A stretch of DNA of 41,433 bases. Source: Candidatus Thorarchaeota archaeon. GTDB lineage: Archaea; Asgardarchaeota; Hermodarchaeia; Hermodarchaeales; Hermodarchaeaceae. The notes below the pieces were generated by a model that was not told the origin of the DNA, did no database searches, and worked only from the letters and a program-made list of their open reading frames with translations. Of this stretch, positions 1 to 7,675 are shown in pieces. Within the stretch, counting starts at the first letter, position 1; every line of letters starts with the position of its first letter. The position numbers were made by a program, and so were the translations under genes. The stretch is from the NCBI GenBank assembly GCA_048882025.1, contig JBHLSA010000002.1, forward strand, positions 1 through 41,433, read 5' to 3'.

Positions 1-1
1 G

Positions 2-103
2 ACTGCTCAAATCATTCTTACTGAGAAAGGTGTCGAATTTATTCAATCTGAACTTTCGCCTGAATCCTTGCAGTTTTTAGAAGAATCTGGACATATTGCC
101 TAG
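2..103 (+). CDS. 3' end of an upstream CDS (partial, product unknown)
   Basis: Frame 2 is open from the window edge to TAG at 101-103 (..TAQIILTEKGVEFIQSELSPESLQFLEESGHIA*). No recognisable domain. Confidence 0.3.
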   Translation, partial: TAQIILTEKGVEFIQSELSPESLQFLEESGHIA

Positions 104-230
104 GAGTAATATTGGTAGCGCCATAACACCAATAAAGACACCTACAAACTTTAACCCAAGCTACGCCTAAAGTATATTTAGGACTACATCTCTTTAGTGA
201 TGTAGTTGCTTCCTGCGGAGAGACAAGGAT

Positions 231-896
231 TTGGCGTCAAAGCCAAGAGTAACTGATGTCGCACGGTCAGATTCCAATGCCCCAGTAGTCCATCTTAGGC
301 AAGCGTATCGAGTCTATGTTTCTAAAAAAGTACGTCAAGATTTAATGTTACCTTCATTACGTATTCTTGCTAGCCTTTTAGGAACACAGGAACTTGGGCG
401 AGAACCAGAAGCCCTCTTTGCAGCAGCACTCTACATTGCCTTCCGACACCCCAATACGTATCCCAATCTAGTTCCACGAAGCCATTTTTCTGCTATAGAT
501 TCGAAACTCACGAAACGAAAACCTGCTGAACCCTTGTTTAAAGATTCATTTGGGGCCAAAGACACAAGTATTGATTGGTACTCGAAACGAATTGTCGAAA
601 AACTAGGGATCATTGTTCTTTATGATGAACGAGGATTGCCATATTTTCTGGAAAAAACAGGACCCATTTACAGATTGATTGAAGCATTAGGTGAAGAAGC
701 CGCGATTGATGCGGTTCTATCGTCTCATATCAGTAATCGCCCGGAGCTTTTGGAACCTGTATTAAGCGGGCTGTTAAATCGTATTTTTACAGTCTTAAAA
801 TTACTTCCAAGAGTGTTCTATAACTCACTCTACGACCATTTAGCACCTCACGTGGAGGCTTTGATTGACAATGCCAAATGGGCAATTGGCCTTTAA
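231..896 (+). CDS. Hypothetical protein with a TFIIB/cyclin-repeat-like segment
   Basis: 221-aa ORF with a TTG start. The segment LGTQELGREPEALFAAALYIAFRH resembles the GRsPe-iaAAalYiAcR helix of TFB/TFIIB cyclin repeats. There is no Zn ribbon and the rest is unrecognised. Confidence 0.5.
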   Translation: MASKPRVTDVARSDSNAPVVHLRQAYRVYVSKKVRQDLMLPSLRILASLLGTQELGREPEALFAAALYIAFRHPNTYPNLVPRSHFSAIDSKLTKRKPAEPLFKDSFGAKDTSIDWYSKRIVEKLGIIVLYDERGLPYFLEKTGPIYRLIEALGEEAAIDAVLSSHISNRPELLEPVLSGLLNRIFTVLKLLPRVFYNSLYDHLAPHVEALIDNAKWAIGL

Positions 897-1216
897 CCAC
901 CGTTCTCCATATGTGTCTTGACTTCCTCGACTACTGTTCGCCCAGCTACTACTTGATCAATCGAATGAACGGAAGCCCCACAGGCTTCGAGTGCAGCTTT
1001 AACCTCTTCAAAATCGAGATTATCTCCTTCAACTGTAACTTTAATTGACTCTGTATGAGAGTCGACTTCGACAAGGGAAACGTTAACACCAACAACCCCA
1101 TCAATCTTACCAAGTAATCTCGCAATATCTACTGGTGAAGGTTGGTGTGGTTTTAGAACGTCTAAAACAAGTCTTTTAATTCCAGAGTCCACTTTTGGAT
1201 TCTCCTTATTTATCAA
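893..1216 (-). CDS. DUF211 family protein
   Basis: 107 aa. RLVLDVLKPHQPSPVDIARLLGKIDGVVGVNVSLVEVDSHTESIKVTVEGDNLDFEEVKAALEACGASVHSIDQVVAG matches the conserved archaeal DUF211 pattern. Apparent TTG start. Confidence 0.75.
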   Translation of the reverse strand: MINKENPKVDSGIKRLVLDVLKPHQPSPVDIARLLGKIDGVVGVNVSLVEVDSHTESIKVTVEGDNLDFEEVKAALEACGASVHSIDQVVAGRTVVEEVKTHMENGG

Positions 1217-1484
1217 AAAGCAGTGTCATGAATCTTGTATTTCTTTATTTTCCCATATCTATATTCTTTTTTGTTTACTGGTTTTTAGCCCAAAGATGCC
1301 TTTTTTCCTTCTTTCAATATTAGACCAACCCTTTCTTTTGAGAATGAAACTTTGAGGTTCTCAAAGCGAAGAGGAGAAAATTCACTAGATGGAATATTCT
1401 TGTTTGAAGTTTCAAAAGTTCTTTGCATAGGATATAGTTTGCCAACGTTCAAATTGGAGTTCTTTAGGATGCCAAATGGTGTGT

Positions 1485-2717
1485 CTATTCCGTGTGTACA
1501 CGAAATAGGTCAATATCGCCTTGCATTTGGGTTAGAAACTCACGTGTTGAACGCTCAACATCATGAGATTGAGTGATGTACCGCCCAACCACGATAATGT
1601 CAGCTTTAGCTTTAAGCGCAGCTTGAATATTATCGGGGCGAATCCCACCCGCTACGGATACTAAGAGACGTTTACCCTTGAACGCGGTCTTAACTTCTTT
1701 CACAATTTCCCACTTGTGTTCAGCACGCCCCTCTGTATCAATACCCCGATGCATGATTACCACATTAGGTGGCATTTTCAGACTCTGAAGTTTGGCAATC
1801 GGATCTTCGACGTTCATCATATCGACAAATGAATAGATACCTAAACGGTTGGTTTCATAGATGAATTGATCAATTGTATCAACAGACGCTAAGCCTGCCA
1901 CAACGACTGCATCAGCTGATTCGTCAAAGGCTAAATCGACTTCGACCTTTCCTACATCCAAGGTCTTTAAATCAGCAACTAAAAACTTGTCTTTGGCGAC
2001 TTCGCGTAAATCGCTAAGAACGGCAGTTCCATACCGCTTAATAAGTGGAGTGCCTGCCTCCAAAATGAGATTATCACTCCGCGGTAAGGCAGCAATAATT
2101 TTCTTGGTTTTCTCAAGACTAGGGACATCTAAAGCAATTTGGAGGTAGGGTGGACGCCACAGTCTTGGTACTCGAAAGCCCATGATTGGATGGGTTGCAC
2201 GATCCTTATCATACATGATTTTATCCACAGGAGGATAACTTGAAAGGGCGCGTTGAATAGAAAGTTTTGTAGCTGCATAGTTGTAATGGTAAATTCTCCG
2301 ATAATCTTTCGCATCTGGATGAATAAAGACACTGCAAATAATTACCCATTCGTCAACTTTGGCTTTTGGAATTATGCCCTCTTCTAATGCGTCCGCCACA
2401 GCTTTTGCTACGGCAGCTTGGGCAGGTCCAAAGATTTTCTCGGCATCACCCATATCTTTAACGGTAACCTTCGGCACAATTAGGGTATGTGGTTTAGGGG
2501 GTAAATTGGGTCGAATTACTGCTAATAATGGAGAATGCCCATGCGAGACATTGGTCATTCCTTGGGCAAAAGCAGTTCCAACCGGACCTGACTTTTCACC
2601 AATAATGAGATCTATATGGGCTATTTCCGAGCCTTTGCCTATGAGAGCTTCACCAACTAAGTAGACCATTGGATCGCTTCCTTTATGGAGAAAGTAGCGA
2701 ATGTGTAAATCAGTCAT
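1485..2717 (-). CDS. fae-hps: Bifunctional formaldehyde-activating enzyme / 3-hexulose-6-phosphate synthase (Fae-Hps)
   Basis: The N-terminal part (VGEALIGKGSEIAHIDLIIGEKSGPVGTAF) is Fae-like. The C-terminal part (YLQIALDV.., KTLDVG, VAGGIRPDN, IIVVGRYIT) is an OMP-decarboxylase-fold HPS. The true start may be the internal ATG at 2669 (MVYLVGEAL). Confidence 0.9.
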   Translation of the reverse strand: MTDLHIRYFLHKGSDPMVYLVGEALIGKGSEIAHIDLIIGEKSGPVGTAFAQGMTNVSHGHSPLLAVIRPNLPPKPHTLIVPKVTVKDMGDAEKIFGPAQAAVAKAVADALEEGIIPKAKVDEWVIICSVFIHPDAKDYRRIYHYNYAATKLSIQRALSSYPPVDKIMYDKDRATHPIMGFRVPRLWRPPYLQIALDVPSLEKTKKIIAALPRSDNLILEAGTPLIKRYGTAVLSDLREVAKDKFLVADLKTLDVGKVEVDLAFDESADAVVVAGLASVDTIDQFIYETNRLGIYSFVDMMNVEDPIAKLQSLKMPPNVVIMHRGIDTEGRAEHKWEIVKEVKTAFKGKRLLVSVAGGIRPDNIQAALKAKADIIVVGRYITQSHDVERSTREFLTQMQGDIDLFRVHTE

Positions 2718-2952
2718 CCAATATTTAATGTTTTGTTAGAAATGTCTATCAGCTCTCGGCCTTCCATTCAAAATTCTTTCACATAATTTGGTCAGATACC
2801 AGAATAGAACTCGATCTAGTTGATGTTAATTAAGTGTACATGCCTAGAAAGTATTTGATAGTATGCAAAGATAGTTGTTTGATGGATGATAACAAAATCA
2901 ATTGAAGCAATAATCAAAAGCCACCAATATTTCCACACTGACAGAGAACCAG

Positions 2953-3168
2953 TTAATAGACATAATGCACGATTGGAAGCTGATGGTCATTCTTCCCTAT
3001 GTTTAAGTTTTGCTCACTGGTATTCTCCATGATTCTATTGCGGAGAATAGAGCCAATAAACGGTAAAATTATTCTGTAGTAAACTCTTCTTTGTTGTAAA
3101 TCAAGTTCTATCTGAATGAACCAACAATTAATAACAATGCTTGCTCGCTCAGACCCGGCCTTATCCAT
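2953..3168 (-). CDS. Possible small ORF (71 aa) translationally coupled to the RHH gene
   Basis: Its ATG overlaps the TAA stop of the upstream RHH gene (TAATG on the minus strand). No recognisable domain, so it may be spurious. Confidence 0.2.
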   Translation of the reverse strand: MDKAGSERASIVINCWFIQIELDLQQRRVYYRIILPFIGSILRNRIMENTSEQNLNIGKNDHQLPIVHYVY

Positions 3169-3632
3169 TATGCACCAGCTCCCTGTTTCATTAATCGTTG
3201 TAGTGCTGCTTTCACTTCAGGCGAAGCTCGTAAAATTCCATATACCTTCACACCCACTACAGCCTTCTCAATATGTTGGGGTGTGACATCCTTTGCAATT
3301 CGAAGCATCCCTATTGCGGTGATCTTCATCGATTTTCCTTGTCTAATCGTTTCCTCAAAGTCTTCCTTATTAAGGCTAAGTATACCTGCCCCGTAAAACC
3401 GAGTTTCTTTTTCTCCCTCAATGTGTTCTTCTCCAAAGGGCATTGTGATTGATGAGATTTGCTTTTGAATGAAATCTTGATGCCCGTCAAGTTGAGTTCG
3501 AATGGCTGCGCGAATAAATTCAGTTCGGCTTGGATAATAGCCAGCTTCAACAAGAAGATCCATGCGTGCTAGTTCCATCGGTGGCAGATTAATCGTCAAT
3601 TTTTCCATTTTCGGTTCTTGATACATTTCCAA
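3168..3632 (-). CDS. Ribbon-helix-helix (CopG/NikR-type N-terminus) DNA-binding protein with an uncharacterised C-terminal domain
   Basis: KLTINLPPMELARMDLLVEAGYYPSRTEFIRAAIRTQL is a classic RHH beta-alpha-alpha motif. The roughly 100-aa C-terminal domain lacks the NikR His/Cys metal ligands. Confidence 0.75.
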   Translation of the reverse strand: MEMYQEPKMEKLTINLPPMELARMDLLVEAGYYPSRTEFIRAAIRTQLDGHQDFIQKQISSITMPFGEEHIEGEKETRFYGAGILSLNKEDFEETIRQGKSMKITAIGMLRIAKDVTPQHIEKAVVGVKVYGILRASPEVKAALQRLMKQGAGA

Positions 3633-3701
3633 TCATACCCTGTTGTGGAGATGTTTTATACCATCCATAAGGATGTTATAGGGATGTCATCATATAAAAA
3701 C

Positions 3702-3713
3702 GTTTCTAGAAAC
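3702..3713. promoter_or_regulatory. Perfect 12-nt palindrome GTTTCTAGAAAC upstream of the RHH gene (candidate operator)
   Basis: Seen directly. It lies about 70 nt upstream of the RHH start (3632). TATA-like TTTTTATAT and TATAAAA boxes (minus-strand reading, about 3654-3699) sit between the palindrome and the gene. Confidence 0.3.
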
Positions 3714-3913
3714 CGAACCAGCTGAACTTAATGAAAGCAGACTAGTAACTTGAATACTGAGAGAGCCAGAATTTAGCACAAAATAAAGATGGAGCCCATT
3801 CTGGAAGATGAAATTCAACTGAAAGATACTTATTTGGACAAATAGTTCCTCTGGAAACTTTTTCTTGTTTGCAAAAATAAGGTGAACATAAGACAATATT
3901 CTTGTCTCTTTTC

Positions 3914-4087
3914 TTACCATGTAATTTCTCGTTCGAAGAGCAGGTAATGATTGATCCAATTAGGATCTCCTGTAGCTTGATAGGTATGAAGGCGCCAGCC
4001 TTCTTTCTGGTATTCATCAATCACTCGAGCTATGTTCTTGTGATGGTTAACTTGAACACAGACGTATTCATATTCAACAGCTTTCAC
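3914..4087 (-). CDS. Small protein (57 aa), DUF4177-like; below the ORF-track length cut-off
   Basis: Hand translation from GTG at 4087 gives MKAVEYEYVCVQVNHHKNIARVIDEYQKEGWRLHTYQATGDPNWINHYLLFEREITW*. The YEY..V start, the central ..GW.L.. and the hydrophobic-FER end match the DUF4177 pattern. Confidence 0.4.
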   Translation of the reverse strand: MKAVEYEYVCVQVNHHKNIARVIDEYQKEGWRLHTYQATGDPNWINHYLLFEREITW

Positions 4088-4265
4088 GTCAGTTTCACCT
4101 ATGATAAATCATTAGTAATACGAATAAAAGGATTAGCTGTCAAAAAATAATGGAGATGGTTAGATAGCGGAACCCGAAAGGGATTATTCGAATTATATTG
4201 AGCATAAGTCAAATATTGTAAATGTCAGTGCGCTTTTTGCAGGTTTCACATTCACCATCATTACT

Positions 4266-4646
4266 TTGCTACTTACACAACTTCCCCCAAATCTGTTGCA
4301 AAGTAATATCTTTGTGCAAGTCACCTTATTCTTCTTAATCATCCTCTTTGAGATTTGGTCGTTATTGATTGGTTGGACTATTTCAGATATCGTTCTGTAT
4401 TGTAAACACCTTCCATTTGATGAACCGGAATACAAACAAAGGTACAACTTTGATTTTCTCCTGTGGTTGGGTAGCGCCTTATTTGGTGTGCCAATAATTT
4501 TGATGTATCTTCTCTGGGGGTTAATGGTGCTCTCTTGGGCTGCAACGACAACTTGGGTGATTTACATCATCATATCGACAACAATCATTCTAAGGCTGGG
4601 TAAGAAATCTGCTCAAATTCGCAAGAAAAGATTTGGTCGAACATAA
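4266..4646 (+). CDS. Small integral membrane protein (3-4 TM), function unknown
   Basis: Hydrophobic helices (VQVTLFFLIILFEIWSLLIGW, LLWLGSALFGVPIILMYLLWGLMVLSWAA, WVIYIIISTTIIL) and a basic tail. The frame is open upstream to 4164 and encodes another TM-like stretch, but with no ATG, GTG or TTG. Confidence 0.5.
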   Translation: MLLTQLPPNLLQSNIFVQVTLFFLIILFEIWSLLIGWTISDIVLYCKHLPFDEPEYKQRYNFDFLLWLGSALFGVPIILMYLLWGLMVLSWAATTTWVIYIIISTTIILRLGKKSAQIRKKRFGRT

Positions 4647-4849
4647 TTACCAGGAGAAACAAGGAATCGAAAATTCGATAAAGTGATGTTTCATAAAAGC
4701 AAAAGCCGCTGTTCTTAGAACTATACTAGACGTCACGTTCAATGAGAATAGGTAAAAAAACTTAACCAAAACGTTAATACCCAGCGATTTCTACTGCACT
4801 CTCACCATATTCCTTACCAAGATGGAGGTGACATGCATGGCAACTAATC

Positions 4850-5236
4850 ATGATGGGGTTGACTGCGAAATCCTCCACCAAAGAATACTTCCTTAATGAT
4901 CTTGGTTTGACATTACCTTTTGAACTTCTTTTATTACAGTTAGCGTACGCGTTCACTAAACTGGCAAAAACCCGACTCACAGAAAAGCAGCAATTTCTCT
5001 TATTTGCTGCACACCAAACACTGCATTATCACACAAAATGCTCCTTTACAGCGCTGGCTGAACATCTTTCAAGGAAACTACAAATGCCACTGAGTACAAC
5101 GAAGTTTAATCTGAATATCCTTAGGAACGCCGGATTGCTTAAGTGTAAACCTGCAGGTAGGCGTCGAACTACAACTAGCCTTTCTTACGGCGGTCAACTT
5201 CTCATTCAACTTTTATCCAAACCAAATATGGAATAA
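4850..5236 (+). CDS. Putative winged-helix (ArsR/MarR-like) DNA-binding protein
   Basis: 128 aa. FTALAEHLSRKLQMPLSTTKFNLNILRNAGLLKCKP looks like a helix-turn-helix plus wing. Confidence 0.5.
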   Translation: MMGLTAKSSTKEYFLNDLGLTLPFELLLLQLAYAFTKLAKTRLTEKQQFLLFAAHQTLHYHTKCSFTALAEHLSRKLQMPLSTTKFNLNILRNAGLLKCKPAGRRRTTTSLSYGGQLLIQLLSKPNME

Positions 5237-5253
5237 AGTAGTACCTAAACGTT

Positions 5254-5300
5254 GGACACGAGAATTTGAAACCCTCGATGGTTCTCGTGTCCTTGGTTTT
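5254..5300. terminator. 11-bp inverted repeat hairpin plus T-rich tract between convergent genes
   Basis: GGACACGAGAA (5254-5264) pairs with TTCTCGTGTCC (5282-5292) and is followed by TTGGTTTTATTTT. It lies between the stops of 4850-5236 (+) and gap (-). Confidence 0.4.
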
Positions 5301-6306
5301 ATTTTAATTTGGAAGCAACTAATTGAGTTAGTTCAATTAATCGGTGACTGAATCCTGCTTCATTGTCATACCATGCGACAACATGAGCGAAATTGTTATC
5401 GAGTATTTCTGTGAGTTGACTGTCAAAGATTGATGAATGAGAATTGCCGATAATGTCAGTGGATACGATTGGATCTTCATTATATTGGAGAATGCCTTTG
5501 AGGTTGGTTTTCGCAGCGTGTTGAAAGGTTTGATTGATGTCTTCTTTGGACGCGTTCTTTTCAAGTGCAACACTTAGATCAATGATAGATCCATCAGGTA
5601 CGGGAACACGATAAGCCATAGCAGCCATTTTACCTTTTAGCTGTGGAAAGAGGCGAATGATAGCGTTAGCCGCGCCTGTTGTGGTTGGGAGAATGTTAAT
5701 TGCTGCAGCACGGGCACGGCGATAGTCTTTGTGGATGCCGTCTAGAAGGCTTTGATCAAGAGTATACCCATGAATTGTGGACATGAATCCATACTTGATT
5801 CCATATTTTTCAATAATTACTTTGATAACGGGAGCAAAACAATTTGTGGTGCATGACGCGTTTGAAATGACATGATGATTATCTGGATCGTACGTGTGAT
5901 CATTTACGCCGAGCACAAACATAGCATCTTCTCCTCGCCCAGGCGCTGAGATGATTACTTTGCGAGCCCCAGCTTCTAGATGAAGAGCAGCTTTTTCACG
6001 ATCCCGAAAAACACCAGTAGCTTCTATTGTAATGTCAACCTCGAGTTGTTTCCAAGGGAGCTGAGCGGGATTACGTTCTTGGAACAGTTTTACTGAATGA
6101 TTGTCGATGATTAGTTCATCTTTCTGAACATTGATAGAGCCAGAGAATTGCCCATGGACTGAGTCATATTTTAAAAGATGGGCTAGAATCTGTGGATCGC
6201 CTAAATCGTTTGCGGCAACAAGTTCGATGTCTTTAGCTTTCAGGACATTACGGAGGAAAAAGCGTCCAATTCGACCGAGACCATTGATAGCAACTTTTAC
6301 AGCCAT
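5299..6306 (-). CDS. gap: Class I (bacterial/eukaryotic-type) glyceraldehyde-3-phosphate dehydrogenase
   Basis: MAVKVAINGLGRIGR Rossmann N-terminus, active-site SNASCTTNC, and WYDNE near the C-terminus. The ATG at 6306 is preceded by GGAGGG. Confidence 0.9.
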   Translation of the reverse strand: MAVKVAINGLGRIGRFFLRNVLKAKDIELVAANDLGDPQILAHLLKYDSVHGQFSGSINVQKDELIIDNHSVKLFQERNPAQLPWKQLEVDITIEATGVFRDREKAALHLEAGARKVIISAPGRGEDAMFVLGVNDHTYDPDNHHVISNASCTTNCFAPVIKVIIEKYGIKYGFMSTIHGYTLDQSLLDGIHKDYRRARAAAINILPTTTGAANAIIRLFPQLKGKMAAMAYRVPVPDGSIIDLSVALEKNASKEDINQTFQHAAKTNLKGILQYNEDPIVSTDIIGNSHSSIFDSQLTEILDNNFAHVVAWYDNEAGFSHRLIELTQLVASKLK

Positions 6307-6428
6307 AAAGTATCCCTCCAAGGGGAATGACGATTCAATATATTATGGCTATAAGTGTTTCCGCATTTTTCGCTGAAAATAATTGGTAGATACCAAGGAA
6401 AGAGGGCTTCTATGCATTATGAGGTTTT

Positions 6429-6860
6429 CTAGAGTTGTTCAGTGATGCTTTCAGGGAGAGGCTCACGTGCTAATAGATAGATAACCGAGAGAAGGAAAAG
6501 ATCAAAGTCAGATAGCCCTTCAATGTTTGCCCAGGGTGTTGACTCGAGAGTGATACATAAAATTACGGGCTCTTTCTCTTCTTTGAGAGCAGATACGTGT
6601 CCCATTTTTAGGTCAATTTCAAAGGTGGCTTCATCCCTTGTAATCAACAAGCGGTTTCCTCGAATTTTGAAGCCTTCTGATTTCAATATTTGTTTCAAAC
6701 GTTCAAGGTTTCGACTTTGAGTAGGTTTTAGTTTTCCGGTAACCTGCAAGTCGCGTTTTCTTCGCAGATCATATAGCCACTCCTCACTTTGAATTTCATC
6801 ACCATTACTAGATGTTGATGAACGTTTTGTGGAACGCGTTGGATTGATGGATAGCCACAC
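6429..6860 (-). CDS. Hypothetical protein (143 aa) immediately downstream of the profilin-like gene
   Basis: ORF with a GTG start, 67 nt after the profilin stop on the same strand. Ser/Thr-rich basic N-terminus. No recognisable domain. Confidence 0.4.
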   Translation of the reverse strand: MWLSINPTRSTKRSSTSSNGDEIQSEEWLYDLRRKRDLQVTGKLKPTQSRNLERLKQILKSEGFKIRGNRLLITRDEATFEIDLKMGHVSALKEEKEPVILCITLESTPWANIEGLSDFDLFLLSVIYLLAREPLPESITEQL

Positions 6861-6927
6861 CCCTTGAGTGGAAAATTTTGCTCACGATATACATTCACAC
6901 TGGTTTTGATCAATATTTGGGATAGTC

Positions 6928-7299
6928 TTACATGAATCCTCCAATATTCGCTGATGCCTTAGCAACTTCAACGTAAGCACCTTGAACATCGCCTTGAGGA
7001 GACACATATGCAATTACGTACCCCTTATCCCGTGCGGCAGTGATAACTATTGAACCTTGGCCTCGAACATTTGTTGCGACTAGATGATGATCAGTAACCT
7101 GAATCGTGCTGTACTTGACTCCTTGAATTGTAATGCTGGGTGGTTTGTTTTGGATTGCGTTTAGAATATCAGCCCCAGTTATTGCCCAATTAGGAGTAGT
7201 GAACAGAACGGTTCCGTCTTTTCGGATAACCGAAACAGCCATGATTGTATTATCGACCTGCTGCATGTAGTTGACCCAGGCTTGGATATTATCAGACAT
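6928..7299 (-). CDS. Profilin-like protein (eukaryotic signature protein)
   Basis: 123 aa from the ATG at 7299. MSDNIQAWVNYMQQ.. (N-terminal W/Y), ..SITIQGVKYSTIQV.., ..GQGSIVITAARDKGYVIAYVSPQGD.. and a C-terminal helix ..YVEVAKASANIGGFM follow the profilin fold layout. Confidence 0.75.
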   Translation of the reverse strand: MSDNIQAWVNYMQQVDNTIMAVSVIRKDGTVLFTTPNWAITGADILNAIQNKPPSITIQGVKYSTIQVTDHHLVATNVRGQGSIVITAARDKGYVIAYVSPQGDVQGAYVEVAKASANIGGFM

Positions 7300-7386
7300 T
7301 TTCCGCCAACACCCATTCACTGCCAGATTCAAATGGTGCATAAGACATTTTTGATATCGCTTACTAAAAGCTTCTGGCAGATTAAA

Positions 7387-7668
7387 ATGATTGAGCCGCA
7401 CAATAAGGGAACCTTACTAAGTGTTCGTGTTAGACCTCGTTCAAAAAAACAAGCAATAATTTTGAATGAGGAAAATGAGTGTTATGTACATGTGAAGAGT
7501 GCCCCGCTACGTGGTCAAGCTAATTTGGAATTATTGAAACTATTTGCTAAAGTTCTCAAAGTTCCAACCGAACGAATCCATATTATTTCCGGTGAAAAAT
7601 CGCAAAATAAAACGCTCCTTATCGAAGCAGTAAAACCAAATATTGTACGTGCCGCTTTGAAAAAATGA
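7387..7668 (+). CDS. DUF167 / YggU (UPF0235) family protein
   Basis: LSVRVRPRSKKQAI..VHVKSAPLRGQANLELLKLFAKVLKVPTERIHIISGEKSQNKTLLIE is the conserved family pattern. I used the internal ATG at 7387 because the track start at 7282 would overlap the divergent profilin start. Confidence 0.8.
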   Translation: MIEPHNKGTLLSVRVRPRSKKQAIILNEENECYVHVKSAPLRGQANLELLKLFAKVLKVPTERIHIISGEKSQNKTLLIEAVKPNIVRAALKK

Positions 7669-7675
7669 TTTCTCC

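Noticed and set aside
1352-1576. 74-aa plus-strand ORF
   Set aside because: It overlaps the 3' end of fae-hps in antisense and lies in the T-rich terminator/promoter spacer. No motifs.
2129-2664. ORFs 2129-2332 (-) and 2359-2664 (+) inside the fae-hps locus
   Set aside because: They are alternative-frame or antisense shadows of a strongly supported 410-aa gene. Their products have low-complexity, atypical composition.
2880-2945. Possible C/D-box sRNA (GGATGATAA ... CTGA about 50 nt apart, plus strand)
   Set aside because: The C box is imperfect. There are no recognisable internal D' or C' boxes at the expected 12-nt guide spacing, and no terminal stem.
3690-4150. Three overlapping 82-92-aa ORFs in the spacer
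   Set aside because: Their products are low-complexity, Cys/Phe/Ile-rich and lack motifs. The shorter 57-aa minus-strand ORF (3914-4087) explains the region better.
6328-6375. Possible C/D-box sRNA (ATGACGA ... CTGA)
   Set aside because: The C box is degenerate and the internal boxes are absent. The region is simply the gap promoter and 5' leader.
7282-7401. Long N-terminal extensions of both the DUF167 ORF (start 7282) and the profilin ORF (start 7401)
   Set aside because: The two extensions would overlap each other on opposite strands. The internal ATGs (7387 and 7299) give canonical family N-termini and leave an 87-nt divergent promoter region.
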